A stretch of 64,000 nucleotides of DNA. It comes from Octopus bimaculoides (lineage: Eukaryota). The notes beneath the pieces were generated by a model, which saw only the letters and a list, made by a program, of their open reading frames with translations, was not told where the DNA came from and ran no database searches. This document shows positions 1 through 12,825 of the stretch, in pieces. Position numbers and translations under genes: made by a program. Location of the stretch: assembly GCF_001194135.2 (NCBI RefSeq), contig NC_069001.1, positions 4,920,108 to 4,984,107 on the forward strand, in the 5' to 3' direction. The first letter of the stretch is position 1. Every line of letters starts with the position of its first letter.

Positions 1-500
1 TGTCTGGCATCTCGAGCATGTGTTCTCTACTATTCTTTTCTACTCTAGGCACAAGGCCCGAAAATTTGGGGGAGGGGGCCAGTCGATTAGATCAATCCCA
101 GTATGCAACTGGTATTTAATTTATTGATCCTGAAAGGATGAAAGGCAAAGTTGACCTCAGCAGAATTTGAACTCAGAACATAAAGACAGACAAAATACTG
201 CTAAGCACTTGCCCCAGCGTGCTAACGGTTCTGCCAGCTCACTGCCTTCGTGGTCCCCACCAAACAATGCCTTGTGAGTGAATTTGGTTGACCAGGGGGC
301 AAGAGTAGAACTCACATGCCCAAGGTACCATGTAGTGAGATTGAACCCTAACCTGTATAGCTACATAGCGAGCTTCTTAATCTCAGTCAAGCCTGGACTG
401 AGCATAATTAAATAAATACACAAATAAACAAATAAATAAATAAAAACAGAAAAATAAAGCAGAAAATACGACCATAATTAATTTGATTTAGCAACCTTAT

Positions 501-506
501 TTTATT
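501..506 (-). terminator. Putative poly(A) signal for terminal exon A
   Basis: AATAAA on the minus strand inside a block (about 440-660) paralogous to 5150-5330. Confidence 0.5.
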
Positions 507-835
507 AATCCACACATCTGTGACAAAATGATTTAGCAAAGAAATAACATAACAATTAAATTCCATCTTCCTTTAATTTTCCTTAAGATTTGTTTAAAGA
601 TGTTTCTTACTACAATATAGAATTCCTGATGTAATAACTATGAAAAGTACTAATTAAGTAAGAGTATGCAGTTAATTACAGTTAGTTAAATAAGAGTATG
701 CAGTTTTTTGGGGTTTTTTTAATCAGTTATGGCATATCTATCATAATTTCTGTATTTGATGGCATAAAAGACGCATGGGCAATGTACTTCATTTTCAGCA
801 GCTCATATTCAAGGCATGACATATTGGTTTGGAAT

Positions 836-920
836 AAGATATTGGCAAGGTGTAGCATATTGGCAAGGCAATGCATATTGGCAAGGCAATGCATATTGGC
901 AAGGCAATGCATATTGGTAA
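836..920. repeat. 18-bp tandem repeat (atattggcaaggcaatgc)
   Basis: 4-5 units; produces ARQCIL / ANMHCL peptides in the ORF track. Confidence 0.9.
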
Positions 921-2077
921 GGTACAGGGCTAAGTCGTGGGACTGCAGCATGGTGGATTGTGAAGAGGCAGTGGAAGAGTTCAAATGAGCCGATAGAGGT
1001 CCTTACATTGGATCTGAGCAAAGGGACCCCAGAAGATGACTGATCAAGATCAACAAGCTCTATCAAGAGGGTAACTATATTGCATCCATAGGGGTGATGT
1101 CCATCCATGACTGTGTAATTAGCTAATGAAGGAGTCATTATGACTCAGGCTCCCAATTCAGATATGAAAAATAGAATTTGGGTGGGAGGTGACAGAGGGA
1201 GTCACAAGAGTCCAAGCAAGCAGCACAACCGGTCAATGATGATATTGAAGAGAATGTATGCTGAAAGGACAAAATCAGCTCAAGGGAGGACCCAACTTCA
1301 CAAACGAGACCCAGAGTGATATTTTGAACCCCTTTTTTATAATCTTTGGTAAAAAGAAAAAAAAAAAGAAAATGTGCATCTTATATGCCACATGGTATTT
1401 AGTAATAGTTATCAATCATTAGCTATCAATCATTAGTTATCAATCATTAGCTACCTATCATTATGTAATATCACTTATCTCTTACATGTTATCGAATAAC
1501 TTATATACTGAGTGTGAACTCCTGTATTCTAAATGGCTTGAAATACTCATCCTGCCTAGGTTTTCTGTTGTCCTTTTTACTCTAATGTAATATATAAGTA
1601 CAGATGTATATACATATATATATCTATGCATGTATATATATATATATATATATATANNNNNNNNNNNNNNNNNNNNNNNNNNNNNNNNNNNNNNNNNNNN
1701 NNNNNNNNNNNNNNNNNNNNNNNNNNNNNNNNNNNNNNNNNNNNNNNNNNNNNNNNNNNNNNNNNNNNNNNNNNNNNNNNNNNNNNNNNNNNNNNNNNNN
1801 NNNNNNNNNNNNNNNNNNNNNNNNNNNNNNNNNNNNNNNNNNNNNNNNNNNNNNNNNNNNNNNNNNNNNNNNNNNNNNNNNNNNNNNNNNNNNNNNNNNN
1901 NNNNNNNNNNNNNNNNNNNNNNNNNNNNNNNNNNNNNNNNNNNNNNNNNNNNNNNNNNNNNNNNNNNNNNNNCATGCACATGCACATGCATATATATATG
2001 TATGTATGTATGTATGCATGTATGTAATATGCATATTTATATAAATTTCATTTGGGCATGAATCATGGAATTTACTG

Positions 2078-2137
<60 letters not shown>

Positions 2138-2456
2138 CATACATACATACATACATACATGTATACATACATGTATACATACATGTATACATACATGCAA
2201 GATTTGTGTGGATTATATTTTGCAAAGACGCTGTAGTTTTGTGGGTTTTCATTCTTTTGTGGTTGGTGTTTCCTTTATTTCTTTCTTTCATATTTTTTCT
2301 CTTTTTGTTTTTGTGTTTTGTTTTTTTACAACCAAATTTTCACCGGAACCTTTCATGTATAAAACTTAACAATTCATCTTGCTCTCGATTCATTGACTGG
2401 CAGGCAACGAGTGTCAGCAATGAGGTTTTGGGAGCAAGAGTGCCAGATGGTTTACT

Positions 2457-3304
2457 TTACAACTGTTCATAGCCTGCTGTAGGTTTACGAAAACGGTAAA
2501 AGAGATAGACAAGAGCCAGAAGCAAAATTCCAATACCAATGCCTGCTGCAATTCCACCACCAAACGAAGCACCATCAAATGAGCTCTTTTCAGTCGAAGA
2601 GGGCGCTGCACTGCTTGTGACTGTACTGTGGTGGTCAGTGGTTTCATGACCCGGAGTAACTGTTGTGTAGTTTCCAGGAGTGGGTGTTGTGTAGTTTCCA
2701 GGAGTGGGTGTTGTGTGNNNNNNNNNNNNNNNNNNNNNNNNNNNNNNNNNNNNNNNNNNNNNNNNNNNNNNNNNNNNNNNNNNNNNNNNNNNNNNNNNNN
2801 NNNNNNNNNNNNNNNNNNNNNNNNNNNNNNNNNNNNNNNNNNNNNNNNNNNNNNNNNNNNNNNNNNNNNNNNNNNNNNNNNNNNNNNNNNNNNNNNNNNN
2901 GTAGTTTCCAGGAGTGGGTGTTGTGTAGTTTCCAGGAGTAACTGTTGTGTAGTTTCCAGGAGTGGGTGTTGTGTAGTTTCCAGGAGTGGGTGTTGTGTAG
3001 TTTCCAGGAGTAACTGTTGTGTAGTTTCCAGGAGTGGGTGTTGTGTAGTTTCCAGGAGTGGGTGTTGTGTGATTTCCAGGTGTAGTAGTCGAATGGTTAC
3101 CTGGGGAACTTGTAGACTGTGTTGGATCATCAGTATGATTCCCATGGGCAGTAGGGGTAAGATCATGTGTGCTGGGTGTATATGTACTCTTGTGATCTGT
3201 GGTCTTTGTATGAACATCAGTTGTTGATATTAAATGTGTAGTGCTATGACTTGCAGTTGTGATTGGAGTAGACTGTTCGGTAGATATACTAGTAGTACTT
3301 TTCT
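2457..3304 (-). CDS. CD164/porimin-like terminal exon A: mucin stalk with (GNYTTPTP)n + FDGASFGGG + TM + tail RKPTAGYEQL*
   Basis: ataatttcag| acceptor, phase 1; translated by hand in the frame offset by one base from the listed 2414..3217 ORF; TAA at 2457-2459; GYxxPhi tail. Contains an N gap at 2718-2900. Confidence 0.88.
2651..3090 (-). repeat. 24-bp coding tandem repeat (GNYTTPTP / GNYTTVTP)
   Basis: Units gtagtttccaggagtgggtgttgt and gtagtttccaggagtaactgttgt on both sides of the gap. Confidence 0.95.
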
Positions 3305-3419
3305 CTGAAATTATACAAGAAACAAATAAAGACTTGTTAAAACATAAGGAACAAAAAATATTTCCATAATTTTATGAAAATATTTAATAGACATACCTTA
3401 AGTGTTTCATTAACTCTTT

Positions 3420-3900
3420 GCCTAGTGTAAAAAGGCAGGATGCACATGTAGAGGCAACACCACATGTCCACTTACTAGCCAATGCAGCACAAAGGCTGTT
3501 GTATATGAGGCAAAGGTGATGTGAAAGGAACTTAGCAGGCAAACAGACATGCAATGATATGTGGATATGATAGAATATCCCTTCAGTACCAGATCCAATG
3601 ACCGTAAGTCTTCTTAAATACTTAAGAGAGGCAAAATATCACAGCCTCGGCTAGGCATGCATGGTCATTGAAGGAAAGAGCCATGAATGTCAAGTGGAGA
3701 ATGCTAGAGAGGTTCAAACCTTACTTTAATAGTTGCAGGAGGTGCAGTCTATGCCTAGCAGAAGAAAAAAAAAACTATAGTAAAGAACTCTATTCACCTG
3801 AACACCTACTTAAACTGCAAATACAACGTCTTCTTTCCTTGCCCACATGAAAGGAAATATAGGATTAGTTACCTGCTGACTGCATCATGAATATAATTGT
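3420..3900 (+). mobile_element. Penelope-like element fragment, GIY-YIG endonuclease C-terminus
   Basis: VKWRMLERFKPYFNSCRRCSLCLAEE resembles the PLE motif IKWxILxxxxPY...RCxLCLxEK; degenerate. Confidence 0.6.
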
Positions 3901-4726
3901 TAGAACTTTCACCATAGATACCTCACATCACCACAGTTTGAGTGTTCAACACAATCATTACCACATCCAGCTTTACATGAAAACATGGTTTTAAGATGTG
4001 ACACCCACCCCAGCCTCTCTTTCCACACACACACTTTGCACACATATCCACATCACACCACCCACACCCAAGCCACAACCCCCACTTTGCTGGCAGTCAC
4101 CCTTCACACCATGAGGGTAATTCATCTTGTTTTTTTTTTTTTTGTACAAAGGGGCATAACTCTTGATGAATTTCCCTCTACCTTCTCGTGGTTTTTTTAA
4201 ACATAGTACTCACAAATTGGATGTGATATTACTTGTCTCCAATAGCAGAGTACCATCACTAAATTTTCCCAAGCAACCTCTCTGATAAGCACCATCTTAG
4301 GTTATCACCTAACTCATGCATACAAAACCAATTGGAAAAAATAAGCTGGAATGCATCCTTAGTGAAGTACAATATAAATATGGACTTTTCTTTTACTTGT
4401 TTCAGCTATTGAACTATGGCCATGCTGGAGTACCACCTTGAAGGGCTTTTGTCTTTTTAGTCAAGCAAATCCCCTTCAGTATGTCTCTTTTAACATATAT
4501 ACATAAGTACAATGCACAGAAGTTCGTTTGGTAAGCACAAGGTTTCTGTTTCAGTCCCACAGCCTGGTAGCTCTGGCAAGTGTTTTCTTCTAGGACTCTC
4601 GACTAACCAATGCCATGTGAGTGAATTGCGTAGATGGGAACTGAGTGGAAACTCTGTGGAAGCGAACTAAAACCCTTCGAAAACAGTGCTACAGCATGTC
4701 CACAATCCACTGACTGTAAAAAGTAA

Positions 4727-4783
<57 letters not shown>

Positions 4784-4851
4784 GTATTATAAAGATAGAT
4801 AGATAGCGAGACATACATATGTGTGTGTATGTATATACATATATATATATT

Positions 4852-4926
<75 letters not shown>

Positions 4927-5192
4927 GTATGTATGTTTATCTGTGTATATGAGATGCTGGGATTAAATGAGCTTGAAATTTTGTCCATATTTCCAATTGT
5001 CCACAAGACATGCTACATATCAGCTGAAGACATTCCAGAAATTTACAGGCTTAAAACAATTGTATAAATACACGCATAAATAAAATAAAATGAAATAAAA
5101 TAAAATAAAATAAAATAAAATAAAATAAAATAAAAGCAAATAAATAAGCGAAGAGAAAATATGACCACAATGATTGAGTTAATCAACCTTAT

Positions 5193-5198
5193 TTTATT
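5193..5198 (-). terminator. Putative poly(A) signal for terminal exon B
   Basis: AATAAA in the same context as 501-506 (aaccttattttattaatc..cacatctgtgaca). Confidence 0.5.
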
Positions 5199-5750
5199 AA
5201 TCTACACATCTGTGACATTATGTTTTGGGAAAGAAATGTTTGTGTTAGAATTGCTGTTCCAAAATATTTCTTATCACAATATATAGACATTTCTGACAAA
5301 ATATTTATCGTTAGCTACTTTGCAATAATTAATACACACATAACAGTTGCCAGGAATGTTTAATATGCAAACAGTACATCTATCTACACCACAAAACCTA
5401 GCAATAACTTTATATACATTCGGTAGTTTAAATTAGGTGCCCTTTCCTCAGCACCTAGCTATACTACTGTGTATGTGTGTGTGTGTGTATATATATCAAT
5501 TTAAATAAACAACCAAAAGAGCTACAATTAGTTTCATGGCGTATTTATATAAATGCACCTGTTCAGGTATCATAAAAGCATGAAACTATAAATAGCTGTT
5601 TTGGTTGTGTATTTAAATTGATGTTTATCTCTCACTGGATGGAATACTATTTTTCTTTTGTTGATTCTACCTCTATTGGATCTTTAAACTATCTATTATC
5701 TATATCTATCTATGTCTGTCTATCTATCTATTTATCTACCTATCCAGTAA

Positions 5751-5785
<35 letters not shown>

Positions 5786-6105
5786 NNNNNNNNNNNNNNN
5801 NNNNNNNNNNNNNNNNNNNNNNNNNNNNNNNNNNNNNNNNNNNNNNNNNNNNNNNNNNNNNNNNNNNNNNNNNNNNNNNNNNNNNNNNNNNNNNNNNNNN
5901 NNNNNNNNNNNNNNNNNNNNNNNNNNNNNNNNNNNNNNNNNNNNNNNNNNNNNNNNNNNNNNNNNNNNNNNNNNNNNNNNNNNNNNNNNNNNNNNNNNNN
6001 NNNNNNNNNNNNNNNNNNNNNNNNNNNNNNNNNNNNNNNNNNNNNNNNNNNNNNNNNNNNNNNNNNNNNNNNNNNNNNNNNNNNNTATATATATATATAT
6101 ATTGG

Positions 6106-6138
<33 letters not shown>

Positions 6139-6571
6139 ATATAAAATTAGTGAATTGTTTAGCAAATTTAAGTCCTTCAGGAAGAAGGGTTTTGATATAG
6201 AAAGGTAAAAATCTATGATGTCAGATTGTGTGAATCTATGTAATTGTACTTATGGTCATTCGTGTAGATATGGATATAAATTTTGTTGAAAAGCTAGGTA
6301 TTTTCTTTTTTGATTTGATACATTGTTGACTTTTTTTGTTGTTTCTGTTTTTTTTTTCTTCTTTCCTTTTTTTTTTGTATGTGTTTTCCAATTTTCAAAA
6401 AAAAAACAAAAAAAAAACAGGGAAAATGTCACCGGAAAGTCTTCATCGCTTATCATTTAAACCATTCCTTTGTTTGAACACTGTCTACTGAAAGAGAGAG
6501 CATTGCATAGCACCAATACCAATATCAAAAAGCGAATTCTTGTGAGGAGCGGATGACAGTCGAAATGTGTC

Positions 6572-6945
6572 TTAACATTCCTCATAGGCAGGATTAGGTT
6601 TGCGGCAGTAATAGAAGAGATAGAGGAGACAGAGAAGCAAAATTGCAATTCCAATACCAGCTGCAATTCCACCACCAAAGGAAGCACCATCAAAGGTGCT
6701 CTTTTCAGTTGTAGAAGGTCCTACACTGGTTGAAACTGTGCTGTGCTGGTTGGTGGTCTTTTGACCAGGTGTTGTGATTGTATGGTTACCAGGTGTGGTA
6801 GATGTCTCTGGACTACCTGTATGATTACCTGTAGTGTCTGTGTGGGGTGAAGACGTGTGAGGAATGGTAGTGGAGCTTGAGTGTCCTGTGCTCAGCTTCG
6901 TACTAGCTGATGAAGTTGCTTCAGTTGTAGCAGGAGTGGTGGGCT
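6572..6945 (-). CDS. CD164/porimin-like terminal exon B: mucin stalk + FDGASFGGG + TM + tail RKPNPAYEEC*
   Basis: gtaatttcag| acceptor, phase 1; S/T-rich stalk with NHT sequons; KSTFDGASFGGGI resembles the CD164/TMEM123 KSTFDAASFIGGI juxtamembrane motif; hydrophobic TM; short Tyr-containing tail. Confidence 0.9.
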
Positions 6946-7341
6946 CTGAAATTACACACAAAGCAAAAAAAAAAAAAAAAAAAAAANNNNNNNNNNNNNN
7001 NNNNNNNNNNNNNNNNNNNNNNNNNNNNNNNNNNNNNNNNNNNNNNNNNNNNNNNNNNNNNNNNNNNNNNNNNNNNNNNNNNNNNNNNNNNNNNNNNNNN
7101 NNNNNNNNNNNNNNNNNNNNNNNNNNNNNNNNNNNNNNNNNNNNNNNNNNNNNNNNNNNNNNNNNNNNNNNNNNNNNNNNNNNNNNNNNNNNNNNNNNNN
7201 NNNNNNNNNNNNNNNNNNNNNNNNNNNNNNNNNNNNNNNNNNNNNNNNNNNNNNNNNNNNNNNNNNNNNNNNNNNNNNNNNNNNNNNNNNNNNNNNNNNN
7301 NNNNNNNNNNNNNNNNNNNNNNNNNNNNNNNNNNNNNNNNN

Positions 7342-7422
<81 letters not shown>

Positions 7423-7423
7423 T

Positions 7424-7454
<31 letters not shown>

Positions 7455-7534
7455 ACTTACTTGGAATTGGATTTGGCTTTCTATCATATAATAATATAAC
7501 TAAGGTACTGCACTGTGGGACTGAACCCAAAACC

Positions 7535-7612
7535 GTATAGATGGATAGATAGATAGATAGATAGACAGACAAACAGACAGATAGATAGATAAATAGACAG
7601 ATAGGTAGATAA

Positions 7613-7676
<64 letters not shown>

Positions 7677-7760
7677 ACAGACAGATAGATAGATAAATAG
7701 ACAGATAGGTAGATAAATAAATAGATAGATAGATAGATAGATAGATAAATAAATAGATAC
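7535..7760. repeat. (GATA)n satellite; similar (TATC)n at about 59330-59560
   Basis: Direct reading. Confidence 0.95.
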
Positions 7761-8409
7761 ATGATGGGTTTCTTTTAGTTTCTGTCTACTAAATCCCCTT
7801 ACAAGGCTTTAGCTGATTTGGGACTATACTCGAAGGTACCTCCCCAAGGAGCCACACTGTGGTGCTGAACTCAAGACAATATGATTGCCTAAGATACATA
7901 TATATATATATGTATGTATTTATGCATGTATGGATGCATGTATGTATATGTTTATCAAACACGGATGGCAACACATGCGCACATAATGATACACATCATA
8001 GAAGAGCAGAATGGAGTGAGTGGAGCAAGAGCACACACAAATACGAAAAGTGTCACTGAAGAGGTCACATATGTGTGATGGAAGATTTTCAGACAATGGA
8101 CATGAGTTAAAAATAAGAACAGCAGTAAACGAGTGAAGAAGAAATATATAGTGTGTGTGTGTGACCATCCTGAAATACAATATCTATATATATACATACA
8201 TACATACATATATATATATGTATATATATAGCTGATGAAGGAAAATGTTCTCTATGTGGCTTGTGTGTTTTCTGTACTCTGCTTATTATCATTTTCTTGT
8301 CTACGTTTTGTTTGCAATGTCCTGTACCCAGATATGCACCTATATATACAGGTAGACGTAGGTATGCACATACTTGTACGTATATATGCATATACTCATT
8401 TATTATTTG

Positions 8410-8441
<32 letters not shown>

Positions 8442-8472
8442 GTAATTTAAGATTAGGTAGGGTATATAATAC

Positions 8473-8512
8473 CACTTGCTAAAATCAAAGTCATTGCTCC
8501 AAAAACCACCAT
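8473..8512 (-). CDS. Possible alternative short signal-peptide exon (MVVFGAMTLILAS)
   Basis: ATG plus 12 largely hydrophobic codons and a phase-1 donor G|GTATTA resembling the exon-1 donor; G+AG gives Glu into exon B. Short, and abuts a (TA)n tract. Confidence 0.3.
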
Positions 8513-8797
8513 AAAAATTGTGATATATATATATATATATATATATAATTGAAATTTACAGAAAACAAAAGATGAAGACAGGTGAGGAAACAACGAGTAG
8601 GTGTATTGGTTTGATACTCGGTAAGAATGGAAGAGTCTTTGATGTTTTGAACCAAAACTCTTCGGTAAAAAGGATTGACATGTTAAAAAAAAATGGAGAG
8701 TGAACAAAAACGAAACTAAGGGAAAATGATTTAATATATGTATATATTATATATATATATATATATATTATATATATGTATATATAACATACATACA

Positions 8798-8854
<57 letters not shown>

Positions 8855-8860
<6 letters not shown>

Positions 8861-9100
8861 ATTTTAAAGAGTTCCAACTATGTTTTTTATGTTTTATTTA
8901 TATTCTTGTAAAATTAATGTGGGATATAGAATATATAATATATAATATAAAAATAAATGGTAAAATGAAATGAAGTATTGAAATAACAATTTTTTTAATA
9001 TTATATATTATATATTCCATATTCTATATCCCACATTAATTTTACAAGAATATAAATAAAACATAAAAAACAGAGTTGGAATTCTTTTAAATAAAATAAT
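8855..9100. mobile_element. AT-rich foldback element; single arm also at about 33985-34120
   Basis: About 54-bp perfect inverted arms (8881-8934 vs about 9019-9072). Confidence 0.7.
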
Positions 9101-9946
9101 ATATTCCTCTATACACGATCATACAAAACCCATTTTTTGTATCTATTTTTTATTCACACACACACACACNNNNNNNNNNNNNNNNNNNNNNNNNNNNNNN
9201 NNNNNNNNNNNNNNNNNNNNNNNNNNNNNNNNNNNNNNNNNNNNNNNNNNNNNNNNNNNNNNNNNNNNNNNNNNNNNNNNNNNNNNNNNNNNNNNNNNNN
9301 NNNNNNNNNNNNNNNNNNNNNNNNNNNNNNNNNNNNNNNNNNNNNNNNNNNNNNNNNNNNNNNNNNNNNNNNNNNNNNNNNNNNNNNNNNNNNNNNNNNN
9401 NNNNNNNNNNNNNNNNNNNNNNNNNNNNNNNNNNNNNNNNNNATTTGCCGACACAATGTGGTGTACCTATAAAAGATGATGTTTAAGCCCCATGGAAAAC
9501 ATCTTTTCCAGCTGGTATGATACATAATAGCTAATTATACAGTACATAGAAGCAAAACAACAAAATAATATATGAGAAAATTGTGTGTGTGTAAAAGAAA
9601 CTGTATGTGTATGTGATGTGTGGTTAATACTTACTGTTAGTATTACTTTGTCCATGGGCCAAATTGCATACCAAGGCCAAACATACCACTGCTATCACAA
9701 CTACACATTTCCCCAACATTGTTTCCTTTTGATTCTTACTCTTTCTTCTTCTTCTTCTTTTCTTTTCTTTCCACCTGCTTGTCCTTCACTCTATCTGTTT
9801 CAGCAAACTAGATCCGGTTCTGTTATTTTATGCTTCTTGTATATGTATATGTATATATATATATGTATATATATATATTTATATTTATCTGTTTATATAT
9901 TCACTCATGCACAAGGAGACACTAACTACCAGCGTGTATATATATA

Positions 9947-9992
<46 letters not shown>

Positions 9993-10657
9993 ATGCTTGT
10001 GTTGAATGATAGAAAGTTGTTAGCAATAAAACAGAGCTGTGTAGTTAGGAAGGTCTTGATAGCCAGACAGATCCTGTCTTCCTCTCACACTCTATATCAT
10101 ACACTTTGTAAGTAAGTACGCAATATGACTAATGAATTATGTGACTGATTAGAATTTTACTCTGTTTAAATCGTTTCACTGATAATGTTTCGAAATGCTT
10201 AGCATGTTCAAAGGTCAAACTTGTGTATTATCTCTGATACGAAAGAAACTCCTCGAGTTGGGTCTGAGACTCAGGACATACGGTGCAAATAATTTAGACT
10301 TTTAACCCACTTCATGTCTGTTTTGTGTGTAGCATATGAATGAGTGTGTGTGTGTATAGATAGATATATATATATACACACATACATACATATGTACATA
10401 CATATATATATATATACAAATATATATATATATATGTATATGTATATATGCATACACACATGTATATATGTATCATCATCATCATCATCATCATCATCAC
10501 AATTTGACGTCCATTTTCGTTTTCCCTGATGGCATGTGTTGGACGGTTTGACAGGAGCTGGTTAGATAGATAACTGTATCAGACTTCAATGTCTATTTTT
10601 GGCATTTTTTTAACTACTGGATGCCCTTCCTAACACCAGCCACCTTACAGAGTGGAC

Positions 10658-10688
<31 letters not shown>

Positions 10689-10693
10689 TTTAT

Positions 10694-10725
<32 letters not shown>

Positions 10726-11346
10726 CAGGTCATCCCATAAGTTATGTCCGAATTTTGAATAAAGAAGACAAGTAATCAAATGTTATATTTAATTGAAATT
10801 TAATCATCAATGTGCTTCCCCTGATTATCTACGACTTCCTTCCATCTATTGACAAGCTTTTTAATCCCATCAATGTAAAACTCTTTTGGTTTCAAAGTGA
10901 AGAATTCTGAAATGTTAGTTTCGACCTTCTCCTGGCTCGCAAAAGTTATTTCCCCCAAGTGATTCTGTAAACTACAAAACAAATGGTAGTCTGAAGGAAC
11001 AAGGTTGGGAGAATGAGGTGGATGAGGAATTTTTTCCCAACCAAGCTCTTCGATCTTCTGTGATGAGATCTTTGCAGTGTGTCATCAGGCATTGTCCTGA
11101 TGAAACATCACTCCTTTTTGATTCACTAAAGCGGGTCTTTTTTCTTCAAAGCTTGGTTCAAACGCTCTAATTTCTGACAATAGACTTGAGCATTGATTGT
11201 TGCATTAGGTGGTAACAATTCAAAGTGAATTACTCCTTTGCAATCCCACCAGATAGAGAGAAGAACCTTTTTTTCCATGAAGTTCCCTTCTCGGTTGTGG
11301 TTGAGCTTTTTCCCTTTTACCAAGCTTTGTACTGTACTCTGCTGCA

Positions 11347-11350
<4 letters not shown>
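10726..11350 (-). mobile_element. Mariner transposon 3' fragment
   Basis: KKVLLSIWWDCKGVIHFELLPPNATINAQVYCQKLERL and FYIDGIKKLVNRWKEVVDNQG are Mos1/SETMAR-like; TA-flanked end at 10726; truncated at a (TA)n tract. Confidence 0.9.
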
Positions 11351-11393
<43 letters not shown>

Positions 11394-11396
<3 letters not shown>

Positions 11397-12250
11397 TGTG
11401 GTCTGATGTTGTTAGCACACATCTCGTCCTGATATAGGTTGTTTCTCACTATGAAATCGTCCACGATCTTATAGTGTATACACGATTCCATTCTGGGCCC
11501 TTAGATTTATTTCACAGCAGCTGTTATAAAACGAACTCATTCTTTTTTATTCAAGATTTTAGTAGCATCGTGGATAACATGAAAGCTCTCTGTGAAGTAG
11601 AAGTCACATGATTTTAATCGGTTCTTAAATCTCTCTATCTTATTTAACGCAGTCTTTGTGATGATAGTGGTTGCTTTTTTCTGTCTTTCAGTTTTCAAAT
11701 AGGCTTTGAAAATGTTGTCCTGTTTTCCAAGTGATGACCACAGAAAGTGATGACGTCAGTACCAATAACATTTGAAGGAATTCCCTCTAAGCCCAGCTCA
11801 TCTTATTGCTCAAGTGACATCGTCCTAGAACTCAATGATTCTTTTTCCTTAGTATTTGATCTTCAGAGGGAAAAATTTAGTGATTACATATTTGAATAAT
11901 CTTGCATTGTGGTTTATGAGGGAATGAGAAAGAATTTTTGAGCAGCTTTAGCACACTTTAATGGTGTTTCTATTAAACAACTTGTAAAATTTATGGTTGC
12001 TCGTGGTATGTCTTTTTTCCTATCAGGAGACAGACATACTTTATAACACTGGTATTTATGGCAATGTTGCATGGTCGATTATACGATATAAAATATATTT
12101 TCTATGTTTTGATGATGGTTACTAACTGCCGTTGATGAACGCTTTATTAGGTTTTAGTAACCCACTGAAGTTATTGTGAAACTCGTTGCAAGTAGCTTCA
12201 TTGGTGGATAATGCAGTTACCTTCTTGGTCAAGCTTGTCAGAACATGATA
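11394..12250 (-). mobile_element. Degenerate Penelope-like N-terminal fragment
   Basis: Broken minus-strand frames (KKATTIITKT..., LGPRMESCIHYKIVDDFI) recall PLE N-terminal regions; recognition from memory only. Confidence 0.35.
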
Positions 12251-12825
12251 AGCATACATTCACACAATACATACACACACTCACATACATATGTATTAAC
12301 GTGCGTGTCTGGTGCAATCACACACAAACACATATAAACCTACATACGTGTGTGTGAGTGTCTGTTTCCTTCTATTTATAAATTTATGTTTCTGCATGTA
12401 CACATATAAATACACAAACACACACATACACACATTCGCATATAGGTATGTATATGTATTTACAGAGAACACTGAATGAGGCGGGAGAAAAAGTGCGGGG
12501 AAAGTGATACAGGGAAAGATATGAGGGCCAGTCATTTATGTAATTTACATAAATTACATGATAATGATATCTTAATCTTATCAGACTTGTGACAGCAATA
12601 ACAAGGGTGTCACATGAGAAGTAAAACAATTTTAGGGAAATAGACGAAAACACACACATACACGCACAAACACGTATACACAAGCACACACACAAACACA
12701 CATGCACACACAAACACGTACACACAAACACGTACACATACACACTCACACATACAAACACAAACACATGCATGGCCATACACATATACACACATAAACA
12801 CACGTATGTAACATACCCGCATATG

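Noticed and set aside
2414-3217. Listed 267-aa ORF with TTQHPLLE repeats and the antisense VVSRSGCC ORF
   Set aside because: Wrong frames; the frame shifted by one base gives the FDGASF-TM-GYEQL protein matching the paralog at 6572.
4205-4300. Candidate first exon for terminal exon A with a GTGAGT donor
   Set aside because: The phase-1 join gives T+AG = TAG stop, other frames are incompatible, and the peptide is not a convincing signal peptide.
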